NCBI RefSeq assembly: GCF_001194135.2
Contig: NC_068983.1
Span: 125,185,579-125,227,194, forward strand
Length of the DNA stretch: 41,616 nt
Source of the DNA: Octopus bimaculoides
Lineage: Eukaryota
Direction of reading: 5' to 3'
Of the stretch, positions 12,200 through 24,184 are shown in pieces. Every line of letters begins with the position of its first letter. The first letter of the stretch is position 1. The notes under the pieces were generated by a model. It was given only the letters and a program-made list of their open reading frames with translations. It was not told where the DNA came from and did not search any database. The position numbers were made by a program, and so were the translations under genes.

Positions 12200-12590
12200 C
12201 TTATATCCTTGTATGAGGTTATGTCATTTCAATTGATATTTAAATAGTGTTGTCTCAGACATTATTCCAGCATGAATCAATGAACGAAGATACTGATGTC
12301 ATTCACCAACATTCAGTCTCTATATGTAAATACTATTACGTAACATTTTAGCTATATTCAGAATAATCCATTTGTCAATTGAGAAACAAGTTGAACTTGG
12401 TACACATTTTTATGCATTAGAAAATATGTTCTATGTTGTAGAAACAATAAACGTTGGGGTAGACATGGTTGTTCAGGATTTTTCTTCTTGTTATATATAA
12501 GATAAAAGACAACAAGACGTATTGAATTTTTTTTATTATTATATACAAAAAGTGAACAATAGCGTCGTGAGCTACAGGTCTCTCACAAGT
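12200..12590. repeat. Unassigned interspersed repeat, copy 1 (partners at 24185-24560 and, partially, 14945-14990)
   Basis: Shared blocks: tgatgtcattca.caacattcagtct.tatatgtaaa, aataatccatttg, agaaacaagttgaa, atatgttctatgttg.agaaacaat, agtgaacaatag. Confidence 0.8.
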
Positions 12591-13416
12591 GAATTACAAA
12601 TTCATTGTACTTCCAACGGCGTAATATTAAATGATTTTATGTAGCTTGTTGCAAAGCAGATAATTCAAGGGAGGGTTTATATATATATATATCTATCTAT
12701 CTATATATATCTACGTATATATATACATATATATATATGTATAGCAAACATTTTGATTAAGTTGAGGCATCAAAATGTAGTACGGTATTATCCATACAAT
12801 TTCAAAAATAAGGTGATTAAAATCAAAATAAGCAACAAGGGTATCCAGAGCTAATGCAGTACGATCGTTTCACGCAACTCCATTTTATTGAAAAATACAA
12901 TCTTACATCAATTTAAATGATCTTGATTCTTATGACAATATCCATTATGATTTCTGTCTGCTCCGTCAGCCCTAACACTAACAGACACTGCCCCTTGTTC
13001 TCTCAGCTTTAGATCTAAAAGGATTTGATAAAACCAGTCTATAAATTAAAACTGACCCCATAAAAAACAATGACAAGCACACATCTGTAACAAGTCTTTC
13101 TTCCTGATACCTTAGTAGCTTCTAAACTAAAGGGAAGGCAGCGTGTTCTTTGTCTATCTCATTAACTTCTTGGAAATTTTAGGAAAAATTATACTCATGT
13201 GTCCATCTGTTTTAACTTAATTGAATTATGTCTTTGTGCAGCTTAAGATTGCTCTGCATTTAAATTGATGTAATGAATGCATTTTTAAATTAAATGGAGG
13301 TGTGTGAAATGATCGTACTGCATTACCACTGGATATCCTTGTTGCTTATTTTGATATATGCATGATAGATCGCTGACCACGACATTTAAATTTTTTTCTC
13401 CTTTTTTTCTTCTTAT

Positions 13417-13540
13417 TTCTTTCTGTTGAAGAGCGTAGCTCGAAACGTTACAGACTTTCTCTATTCCCGAGCGTTAAACTAATACATCCTTTTGTTGTTT
13501 ACACCACCTGTCCTCGTCTGTTGTTGTTTTTGTCGTAAAT
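13417..13540 (+). mobile_element. Penelope-type 3' end (pLTR) fragment with a degenerate minimal hammerhead motif
   Basis: CTGTTGA-A-GAGC-gta-GCTC-GAAAC-GTT at 13423-13449, followed by a T-rich tail and (TA)n. Confidence 0.55.
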
Positions 13541-14015
13541 TCTCCCATATATATATATATATATATATAATATACACACAGCGTACTTAGAAAAGAGTTA
13601 GATATATTACTATTTCAAACAGTTTCACTGGGCGTCTTGCATCTTAAACTTGCGAACGTTTCTTACAGAAATCTACCTCGTTGGGTTCAGGAATTGAATG
13701 GAGAGATAGAGGAAGTCCTGACTTCCTATTCGGCTACTTGANNNNNNNNNNNNNNNNNNNNNNNNNNNNNNNNNNNNNNNNNNNNNNNNNNNNNNNNNNN
13801 NNNNNNNNNNNNNNNNNNNNNNNNNNNNNNNNNNNNNNNNNNNNNNNNNNNNNNNNNNNNNNNNNNNNNNNNNNNNNNNNNNNNNNNNNNNNNNNNNNNN
13901 NNNNNNNNNNNNNNNNNNNNNNNNNNNNNNNNNNNNNNNNNNNNNNNNNNNNNNNNNNNNNNNNNNNNNNNNNNNNNNNNNNNNNNNNNNNNNNNNNNNN
14001 NNNNNNNNNNNNNNN

Positions 14016-14049
<34 letters not shown>

Positions 14050-14993
14050 AAAGAGAGAGAGAGTGATATTCATGCATACACACATTCACACACACTTATA
14101 TATGCATATATTTATATATATGTATATATGTGTGTATGTATGAATTCGCTATCTTATAATTATTCTGCTTCTAATTACGTTCCTTAGCCCTTCGGTAACG
14201 TGTCCACACTAATAACGAAAAAAAGAGAGAGAAGCGTCCATAACACGAGGTGGAGGGAATGTAATTGCAACGCTTTCACCTGATTAGCTGAAGCGAAAGG
14301 GAGAAGAATGTAAAATGAGAAAAGAGGGGGGGGGTAAAGTGAAGCGTGAGACAGAAACAGGGAGAAAGACGGAGAGAGAAAGAGACGTGAGATAAAAATA
14401 GGGGAGAAAGTGGAGGGAGAAAGAGTGGAAGAGAGAAATGATGATGGTGGTGGTGCAGATGGAAGTGGTAGTGGTGGAGGAGATGGTGGTGGTTGTTGGA
14501 AAATAAAAAGCGTATTTTATAAATTGAACGAAGTTTTTTATATTACCTATCACTCAATGCAAGCGCTTAGGTGGAACTCCGTGAAATATTTTTACGCAGC
14601 TGATATATACAATTTAAATAAAAGTTGCATTATATGTAGGGGATATTTTTTTCTTTAGAAATATTTTTTCTTATAGAAATATAAGAGTGAATATTTATTT
14701 TATATGTGCCGTGTATTAAGTCTCTAAAATTGTGCATAAAATATATGAAGTGCATATAAAAAGCCATTTAAGTAATCATTCCAATTTCTTACACTTTTCT
14801 ATGAGTAGCAGATCAGCGATTATCTTTTCATACAGACACAACACACTCGACGCTTTCAGGTTTTTTGCATAATGTTTTCAGAAATAACGCAGTAGGTTTA
14901 CTATTAATTCCGTGAAATATTCCCGGGTCCCGCTAGATACTGTTACTCGCTATATTCAGAATAATACCCTATATTGAGAAACAAGTTTATATA

Positions 14994-15156
14994 CGAGGAT
15001 GTGCTGAATAATTCCTGGTTTTAAGGGTATCGAGAAAGGACTGCTGCAATAAGTGTGTGAATCTGAGAAGGGGAATAATTTGCATAAAATTATAATTAAC
15101 TGATCCTCGTGTATTTTCTCTTACACAAAGCCAAGATCTTTTCGGCACCCCAACGT
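14994..15156. mobile_element. Mariner-type MITE or deleted element
   Basis: TA followed by cgaggatgtgctgaataattcctggtt; the right end agccaagatcttttcggcaccccaacg is an imperfect inverted copy (17 of 27 by eye). Confidence 0.5.
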
Positions 15157-15514
15157 CGGTACAAATTTTAATGAATCATAGCGTACCAATTAGTAAGTGC
15201 GAAACTGAAAGTTAGCCTATAGAATCGAATTGGAACAACTGATTGTTTTTTTTTTCGTATCTTCTCCGATATACACAACGAGGGTTATTTTTCGTTGGCC
15301 ACTTGTCTTTGGATTGAGAAAATGGGAAACTAGTAGTGTCCATATATTTCCTTAAGAGATGTGTCACTTCTTTCCTGAGACCATACTTCAATGATAAGAA
15401 AATTGATTTTATGAACAATAATTAAAAAAAAAAAAATTTGCTTGAATCTATAAACAATCTTCTATATTATGCTAGATATCACTGGTTTATTGTGGATCGT
15501 CATCTATGGAGCTA

Positions 15515-15712
15515 TAAGCGCAGGCTGTATGATAAGAAGCTTGGTTCCTAACCAAGTTGTTTCGGGTTCAGTTCCATTGCGTGGTATCGTGGGCAAACGT
15601 CTTATTCTATAACTTGGGGCGACCAAAGTTCTGTAACTGGATTTGATAGACGGAAACTGAAAGAGACTCATCGTATACTTTTGCGCACGCACGCACGCAT
15701 ACACACACAGAG
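15515..15712 (+). mobile_element. SINE family B, 5' half
   Basis: gggttcagttccattgcgtggtatcgtgggcaaacgtctt aligns with 23686-23830 and ends in the internal CA-type repeat. Confidence 0.75.
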
Positions 15713-16091
15713 TAAAATTTATTTGCCAACGTAAAGTGGCAGTCCTTCGAAGGACTATGTTACTATTTTTTAACTCCAGGATATCTTTTCCTGTTGGTTA
15801 TCGACATATGATCTGTGTCCAAGATATACTGTGAGCAAGGAAACTTACTACACCCTTCTAGCCGTACTGGACAAGGTAACCAATGTTTTCTGGATAATTT
15901 CCCTTCGTAGGCACTGGACAACCGTGGACTAGAGATAGCAGCTACTCGAACTTACGACATGCTATCACTGACCTCGTAAGGAGAAAAACAACTAGTTTTA
16001 AAACTCTGAATGCGATCTATGTAGTAACAATACTGTGTAGTAAAGTTTATTTGCCAACGGTTTCTCTACCAGTAATTACTATATGCATACA

Positions 16092-16474
16092 TGTTGTTGG
16101 TACTCCGTCGCTTACGACATCGAGGGTTCCAGTTGATCCGATCAATGGAACAGCCTGGTCGTGAAATTAACGTGCAAGTGGCTCATCACTCCACAGACAC
16201 GTGTACCCTTAACGCAGTTCTCGGGGATATTCAGCATGACACAGTGTGACAAGGCTGACCTTTGAAATACAGGTACAACAGAAAGAGGAAGAAAAAGTGA
16301 GAGAAAGTTGTGGTGAAAGAGTACAGCAGGGTTCGTCACTATCCCCTGCCTGAGATTCGTGGAGCTTTAGGTGTTTCGCTCAATAAACACTCACAACGCC
16401 TGGTCTGGGAATCGAAACCGCGATCTTATGACCGCGAGTCCGCTGCCTTAACCACTGGGCCATTGCGCCTCCAC
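16092..16474 (-). mobile_element. Full-length tRNA-derived SINE, family C
   Basis: Minus-strand A box TGGCCCAGTGG (16462-16452) and B box GGTTTCGATTCC (16419-16408) in a tRNA-like head, followed by about 300 bp of body and a short caa tail. Confidence 0.85.
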
Positions 16475-16481
16475 ATGCATG

Positions 16482-16524
<43 letters not shown>

Positions 16525-16949
16525 ATATTTATCTATAAATACGTCTTTCGCAACCTAGCAGGACTGAAATATATGTTTATAGAAACTGACATTATTGATG
16601 ATTATTGACCTATTTAACTAAGGCATTCTGGCAGGAATATGTTTCTAATATCTGAGGATATTTCTTTTACGTAGGTTTCTGTATGCGAGGTAAATTGGAT
16701 GGAATTTCGGAACATCTTATTCCTTGATTGCTTTAATGTAACGTATAACACATTTCCTATATATTTAATTTCATTAAGTACTGCAATCATTGCCATAGAT
16801 TTAGAATCTGTTTGATTTTATAATAATTCCAAGTCCTTCTAACATTTAATGCTTTATTTCAATGACAATTGTCATTTTCAGTCAATTAGATTTAGTGAAA
16901 ATGCATTATGGTAGTTATGCTACATTTCGTATCAAAGAAATACGATCAA

Positions 16950-17700
16950 ATAAGATGATAGTTGTATAAGAGCAGCGAATGAGATATATACATTGAGATA
17001 CAAATAGATATGGAGGGGTCTTTAATTTCATAAATACATTGGAAGGTAATAAATGGAGAAATGTGATTATATGTAGAAATTAAAATTGGTATTAAAATGG
17101 AGTGAAAGATGATACGATTGAAAGCGGAGAAAATGGAGGTAGAAACTAGAAATATTCTCTTGGTGCGTGTCAAATATGTGTTCAGAATATCAGCTAACAT
17201 TTCCCCAAAAGATAGTGGTATGAAATTTGCTTATTTAATATATTTAAATTAGTAACACATATGCAAACATAGACACATAAAGTTGTTAAACTACCGCACC
17301 ACACATATAAAGCTTATAATTATGTTTATCAAAAGAATAGCATAACTCGAATCTGATATTTTCACGCAAATTTCACTTACGAGCTTCATCGATTTCACTT
17401 GTGTTATACTCTAGATTTTGCAAGAAAAATATTAGAATATTTTGAAGATACAATTTTCAGCGAGCAATGAAATGCATATAATCATGGTTTTATATTCATA
17501 TATATGCATTTGATAGAAGCAAATAGTCTTGTAGCCATATCACTCTACATTCCACGGCATATTCTTGAAAACATATAACTTCGATAATGAGTTAACCTCG
17601 CGGGAGCATTTCAGGAATTTGGAGGGACAATTAAACATATTGTAGAGCCATTTATGCATGCAAAAAAATAACATTGTGCATCGCAAGGCCTGAATTCCTC
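16950..17700 (+). mobile_element. Heavily decayed Penelope-like RT plus GIY-YIG remnant
   Basis: YIEIQIDMEGSLIS (for Y.Q.DG.AMGSPL), LVRVKYVF (for RYVDD.F), VLYSYIC, LYIPRH and SREHFRN occur in order across frameshifts. Confidence 0.4.
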
Positions 17701-17872
17701 CCGCATTCCTAATAGTATTGCGTTTTGATTATTGACAAAAGAATCTCTACTGATACTGCGGTGACACTTTTGAATATATTTGCTTTGAAGGACTCTCAAG
17801 AATAAAACCTCAGACTTGATTGTCTGGTTTACGTCCAACTTCATATATATTTATTTATTTATTTATTTATGT

Positions 17873-17909
17873 GTTTCAGCCAAGTGGCTGCGGTCATGCT
17901 GGTGCACCG
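17873..17909 (-). mobile_element. SINE family B, 3'-end fragment
   Basis: The reverse complement matches the cagcatgacc..cagtc..tgactgaaac end of the 23686-24101 copy. Confidence 0.5.
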
Positions 17910-18029
17910 AGGCATCTAATTAAAAAAATTCCCTCCACAATACAGAAAAAACCTCCACTACGCATGCATATATATGAAGTGCAATATGACGCGTTTTTGC
18001 GGAGAAACAAGTTCTAATATTCATTTTTC

Positions 18030-18103
<74 letters not shown>

Positions 18104-18217
18104 NNNNNNNNNNNNNNNNNNNNNNNNNNNNNNNNNNNNNNNNNNNNNNNNNNNNNNNNNNNNNNNNNNNNNNNNNNNNNNNNNNNNNNNNNNNNNNNNN
18201 NNNNNNNNNNNNNNNNN

Positions 18218-18266
<49 letters not shown>

Positions 18267-18280
18267 TATGTATATATATA
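18030..18280. repeat. (CA)n/(TA)n microsatellite spanning a gap
   Basis: Visible. Confidence 0.95.
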
Positions 18281-18364
18281 TACCTATATATTTTCACGTA
18301 TACACGCAAACACATATGTGTGGTGTCAAATTGAGGAAAGTGCAATCTGAGGACAGGTCTCGAA

Positions 18365-18472
18365 AGTGATAAAAATGAAACATCCATTCAACATCATGGT
18401 GTTTGGAGTGATCAGTAGTGATGGCAACGTTATGCCTCCATTCATCTTCCCACACGGCCTCACACTCAACAT
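18365..18472 (+). pseudogene. Tc1/mariner (maT/DD37D-like) transposase fragment
   Basis: VIKMKHPFNIMVFGVISSDGNVMPPFIFPHGLTLNI matches the MV.G.I..DG...PPF.FP.G..LN segment of the catalytic domain. Confidence 0.75.
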
Positions 18473-19129
18473 AAGGATATCATAAAAGATGTTGTTTCAA
18501 AAATGCCCCATTTTTGGTTTGTTTTCTTGACGATATGTGGAGTGATAATTAAACCCCTTTGATGAAATTTGTTTGAATTAGCAAATCGTTACGTCTGAGA
18601 AATCTAGATATTTACATCATGTTTATTAAACCTCTTTTTTTCACACCATATTTCCATTATGTTGTAATTAATTTTATTTAGAAAGTTTTATCCATATATC
18701 GCTAAAGGAATATAACCAGGGTAACAATCTGTTGGACATAGAAAAGTGTCAATTTAAGTACGTTTCCGTTGTCCCCAGTTTAGTATTTACTCAATAGAAT
18801 AGCCTATAAGAAGCAACTAAGATATATAGATCACTCTACAGCATTCGCCTTCACGGTTTGCTATCCTTAAAATTTTGAGAAACGGAGTGTATGAATGCCA
18901 TTCCAAATATCAATTATTTTATCTATTACTCATTGCTCATTTATTTATACGCATAATTATCATATACTCTACATGACTCCGATGAAGTTGTTTAATAAAG
19001 GCACTGTATTTTAGAAAATATTAAGTATTATATGTGTGCGTGTGTGTGTAAGATTCAGTAGAATAATGTACTTAAATTGGTGCACCTAGGTAGGTCGGAA
19101 TAATATAAACACACCAGAATAATTTACAA

Positions 19130-19361
19130 ATATTTGCCAGAAATCAATAGAAATTCTCCAGATTTGAACGCCATTTCCCATATTATAATTCTTATCAACT
19201 TTCAAAGCTCCATAATGTCATTTTAATTTTTACAGGTCCCCAGTCATTACACATATTCACACTTCCCCAGTCATTACTTACTAATATGTTTATGAAATTC
19301 ATCACTTTTGAATAACTGTCAGATATTTCAATGTAAATTACAAACATATTTTTTGTCCAAC
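19130..19361 (+). repeat. 232-bp direct repeat, copy 1 (copy 2 at 20326-20557)
   Basis: Five substitutions and no indel by eye. Both copies share an internal ccccagtcatta duplication. Confidence 0.95.
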
Positions 19362-19369
19362 CTTGGTAT

Positions 19370-19960
19370 ATAAGCACCGCCAGAATGAAATTCCTGTAGT
19401 GCTTGCAGAAAATTAGATTCAACTGAGTATACAATCTTCTCTTGGGCTATTCTGACGTAAATTTTATTAAATGCATAATCTGTAATAATCTTCAGAATAT
19501 GCGGAGGACACGTTGTGAGATATGAGAGTAGCATAAAAATGAATAACAAATGAAGGGCAGGTATGAATCCATTACGGACGCTTCTAACAACACTTTTAAT
19601 TGATTAATGAGTACATTTTATCAGTTCCAAGGAAACCGCTTTCTTCTAACGGACATTCCAAATAATTTAACACAGTTTAAAATCTTAAAATGTCCCTTAG
19701 GCAACATTTCCAATATTCTGCTGGTATTTTAGTTGATAGAACGAATTTACCAAAATGAATTGTTTGAGATTGGTAGTGTATTTTTACAAGGGACGGATCA
19801 AGCGACCTCCAGTGATTCAATTATCCTCGCTTCCAACAACTTAGGTAGCAGTGACTACGTTTGTCTGTGATATCTATTAAGCAAATTTATATTGCCTAAT
19901 GATAAATGGCAATGGAATGCTTTGTGGGCAGCCCGATCTACTACGTTATCATGTGTGCGA

Positions 19961-20029
<69 letters not shown>

Positions 20030-20557
20030 GCACAGGGATATCTTAATAACATTATAAGAACACGAACATTCAATGCCCTGAGGCCTTGAATATTTACTCA
20101 TTGACACCTAGCCACAGTATACACGAATGAAAATTGGACGCCTATGTACATGTGACTCCTAAGCACGTAGGATTTCACAGGCAAACGCCCAGTGTACCCA
20201 TATCTCATTATGGCAATGCTAATATATGCGTGTGTCTGTAGATTTCTTACGATTGTACAATATGTTGACTAAGCCCAATGTAAAGCCTTATGTTTTGTGG
20301 AATTGTAATTGGCCATAGAGAACACATATTTGCCAGAAATCAATAGAAATTCTCCAGATTTGAACGCCATTTCCCATATTATAATTTTTATCAACTTTCA
20401 AAGCTCCATAATGTCATTTTAATTTTCACAGGTCCCCAGTCATTATACATATTCACACTTCCCCAGTCATTACTTACTAATATATTTATGAAATTCAACA
20501 CTTTTGAATAACTGTCAGATATTTCAATGTAAATTACAAACATATTTTTTGTCCAAC
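19370..20557 (+). mobile_element. Decayed Penelope-like element, RT and thumb region
   Basis: NELFEIGSVFLQGTDQATSSDSIILASNNLG (about 19750-19850) matches PLE N.F.F....Y.Q..G.AMG...LA...G. The segment is colinear, in inverted orientation, with 21850-22700. A (TG)n tract is inserted at 19965-20026. Confidence 0.6.
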
Positions 20558-21239
20558 TATTAACATATGCATTAACACATACATGCATACACACATGCAT
20601 CCACACAAATCCACACACACACTCATACATACAGACATATACACACATACATACATATATATAAATTGAGGGAATGGAAGAGGTAAACTCTAAACTACTT
20701 ATGTTTCGTAGCTAGCAGATTCACAGAAGTAATAATTACTCAACGAGGGACACTCCCCTAGCTATGTATCAGTCCGAAGATACTTTAGTTAAATGAAGTT
20801 TACACTGCCGTCAAGGGAACCGAAGCTAACTCGGATGAGATGTGAGCAAAAGTGGGTAGTTAGGAATGGGGAGAGAAACCAAAACAGAAAACCATGTGAA
20901 GGAAGAAATAAGATACGGAAGTGGGAATTCTCTAAAGTTGCTAAGAATAAGAATAAAGAAAAGGAGAGGGGAGAGAGGGGGAGTTTGGGTTAGATTGAAG
21001 CTGACTAGGGAAAGGTATTTGTGACTATAAGATCGAGATCATTGACTATGTCAATGGTAGTAAATAAATAAATATATACATTTAAACAATCAAAGAAAAG
21101 AAAAGAGAATAATCTTATAGGTAAAATTGTTAGGAGAGGAAAAAGGAAGAGAAAATTTAGGCGTGGGAATAAGGTGGAATTTTTTAGGAGAAGAGAGGAA
21201 GAGAGAGAGGAAACTGAGAGATAAAGTTACTGGTCAATA

Positions 21240-22700
21240 GGGGAACATAGGATTTCTATCTTACCTGGTGGTTTATCGCATAGCAGTCAAACTACATATA
21301 CGCATATTCGTCGCATACGCGTATTTCCTCTATGCGCCGGTAGTATCCTATAGGTGTACACCCGCCCATACGCACCTATATATTCTCACAGGCAGAGGAG
21401 AACATGCAGGGAGATCGGAGGTTAAGAAAATATAAAGGTAGTTAAAAAGTTATCTGTTTATAAAGACCTCCAAGTAGGGGTGAAGGCATAGTTAGGGAAT
21501 AATAGTAGGGGACGCATTTGTACATGGAGAATGTATTACAAAATCTGTGCTTACAATTAAAAATTAGGTGGTTCCATTCGGTCAGATAATCGTTGGACTG
21601 GATAATAGAAAAAGGCTTCCGTGATGCAGATATCGTATTTGTTGTTATAGATGTTATATGGTTTGTCATGGTAAAGTATGTACCATTTTAAATTGCGTAG
21701 AATTGAGTTTTGTTTTAGGTTATGAATGAACTGAGATAAAGAAGTGTTGTTATTTATTACTTGACATTTAAAGCTAGAATAGTGGTTACTAACTCTGACC
21801 ATGACGGTGGTGCTCCACGATCCAATGTATACATACCGTACATTTATATACACTATAACGGATATGTTTGTAATTTACATCGAGATTCCTCTCAGTTATG
21901 CAGAAGTGTTGAATTTCATAGACATGATAGTAAGCAATGACTGGGGAAGTGTGAATATATTTGCAAAATTAAAATGCCATTATGGAACGTTGAAAGTTGA
22001 TGTGAATTGTAATTTGGGAAATGGTGGTCAAATCCAGAGGTATTCTGTTGATGTGTGATAAATATGATTATTTTATGGGCTATTACAATTCTACCAATCA
22101 TAATGGTTTACAATGATCTCAGTTAAAATATTGTACAATAGTAAGAAATATACACACACACATATTGTACAATAGTACGAAATATACACACACACACGTT
22201 TATCAGCATTGCCATCGTAAGACATGGGTACACTAGGCAGTTGCCTGTGAGCTTCCACGTACGTAGGGATCGCACGTGCCTAGAACCCCATTTCTGATCA
22301 ATATATATTGTGTCAAGGTGTCAATAAGTAAATATTCAAGGTCCCAGGTCACTATTTTTCCCCGGGCTTATAATGTTAGTAAGACATCCCTGCACTTTAC
22401 ATATATATATATAATACTTAATATTTTCAAAAATAATGGTCCTTCATCACTGCCATGTAGAACACATGATAATTATATAACTGAATAAATGTTCAAAGAA
22501 CTAATGAATTAAATGAATGATATTTTACACACTCCTCAGTGTTTTGAAATTTTAGGACAGAAAAATTGTGGAAGCCAAAGTTATGGATCTACATCTATTA
22601 CTTCCGTCTTATCGGCAATTCTACCGAGTGAATACTAAACAATATTAGGTGTGTAATATTCAAGGGACAACGAAAGCGTCCGTAAACTCATAGTTTTCTA
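21240..22700 (-). mobile_element. Decayed Penelope-like element: RT end, GIY-YIG endonuclease and 3'UTR
   Basis: ORF 21557-21853 YVYIGSWSTTVMVRVSNHYSSFK..NNNTSLSQFIHNLK..LKWYIL..KPY..DICITE is a PLE GIY-YIG domain. Upstream on the minus strand are WI*PPF and SHFPSH (for WFNPPF..KHFP), HLDTIYI and SYIIIMC. Confidence 0.8.
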
Positions 22701-23282
22701 TGTCTACTTATACACAACCTAATATTATAGGGGCGTAATTCAGAACTTCTTCACTCATACATCGCACTTTACATCGCACAAGACAAAAGAACATCGTACC
22801 AGCAATTGCCTCTTCACAGCAATCGACGTAGCAGTGGCCATTAAAGTCACACCAGATGCATTTCGGTATGTCTGATCCTATTCAATGAGGTGTACACGAT
22901 GGTAGGCGAGGATTTGTCGCACCCGATATAGGAAACTGAATAAAATATTCCCTTTTATAATCACCTGGTTGAATCAGAGTTCGCAATACGGAATAAAAGA
23001 AGTATTAAATAAAATATGCATCTATGTCTCATAACAAATGTAAAAATACTGTTAATTGACCCGTTAGAGCGCTGTTTCTCAGGATATAACATCACGTATG
23101 GGCATGATGTACCAAAGTCAGAAGACATATCGCAGGGAGACGAAAATGTGTGTCTGCGCGTACATATGAAAAGAGAGTCTATTTTATGCCAAACGGCAAC
23201 TATATTAAGAATTCTGGTTGGCAGTGAGCTTGCAAAACTAATAACTCGCCAGGCAAAATACACTGTGACATTTAGTCACTGT

Positions 23283-23436
23283 TTACGTTCTGAGCTGAAA
23301 TTCCGCCGAGGTGGACTTTACTTTATATCCTTTCGGAGTAAATAGACTTAGTAACAGTTGAACACTGCTGTCGACATAATAGACTTACTCCTGCACTGAA
23401 ATTGCTGGTCTTGTGCCAAATATTGAAGCCAGTATT
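23283..23436 (+). mobile_element. SINE family A, 5'-truncated
   Basis: ttacgttctgagctgaaattccgccgaggtggacttt..cctttcgg aligns with the other A copies. Confidence 0.8.
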
Positions 23437-23685
23437 GAGATTTTGTGTTTTATCGCCGCAACCCCATTATTTGGCTAGTATTCGATGTTTTCAAACCTGA
23501 GGACGTTAAGTTCAAAATTGACCCCAGCAGGATATGAACGTAGAACGTTACACATTTATGCCGAAGCACGAAGCTTCACATGTACACACACAGACGTGTA
23601 CATCGCGCGCGCGCATACACGCAGGCACACACACACACATACACACACGTACACACACATGCATTTATAAATATCCATCTATAGT

Positions 23686-24101
23686 TGCAGAAGTGGCTGT
23701 GTGGTTTGCTTCCCAAGCACATGGTTCTAGGTTCAGTCCCACTGCGTGGCACGTTGGGCAAGTATCTTCTAGTATAGCCTCGGGCTGTCCAAAGCCTTGT
23801 GAGGTGATTTGTTCGAGGGAAAGTGAAAGAAGCCCGTTCTGTATATATACATATATATGTTTGTGTGTCTGTGTATATGTGTATTTATGTATGTATTTGT
23901 GTTTGTGCCCCTGCCATCGCTTGAAACCGATGTTGGTGTGTTTACGTCCCCGTAACTTAGCCGTTCAGCAAAAAGGAGATATAGAATAGGTACTAGACTT
24001 GCAAAGAAAAAGTCCTGGGGTCAATTTATTCGACTAAAGGCAGTGCTGCAGCATGACCACTGTCAAGTGACTGGAACAAGTGAAAGAATCAAAGAAAAGA
24101 A
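23686..24101 (+). mobile_element. Full-length SINE family B with an internal (TA/TG)n tract
   Basis: tRNA-like head (gtggctgtgtggt..ggttcagtccc), body, internal microsatellite at about 23840-23900 and a gaaagaat tail. Confidence 0.85.
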
Positions 24102-24184
24102 TATATATATATATATATATCTATATATATATATATATATTTGTGCGCAGAGGAACATGCACATGAGTGTATAAAAAAATGATA

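Noticed and set aside
13655-13692. Another hammerhead on the minus strand (CTGAAC..GAAACGTT)
   Set aside because: The core lacks G8/A9 and there is no convincing stem II. It is too degenerate to call.
16400-16474. Functional tRNA gene
   Set aside because: The A and B boxes continue into a 300-bp SINE body. The heads at 23686, 25525, 32105 and 33723 are likewise SINE-derived.
21801-22058. Novel protein family MFVIYIEI..SNDWGSVN..HYG.LKVD in three copies (also 19195-19434 and 20391-20648) with apparent synonymous changes
   Set aside because: It lies antisense to Penelope RT/GIY-YIG sequence, in a frame whose third positions can coincide with the sense frame. It is a shadow ORF.
22128-22197. 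34-36-bp tandem duplication (and a 16-bp one at about 33583-33615)
   Set aside because: Ordinary slippage duplications within decayed elements.
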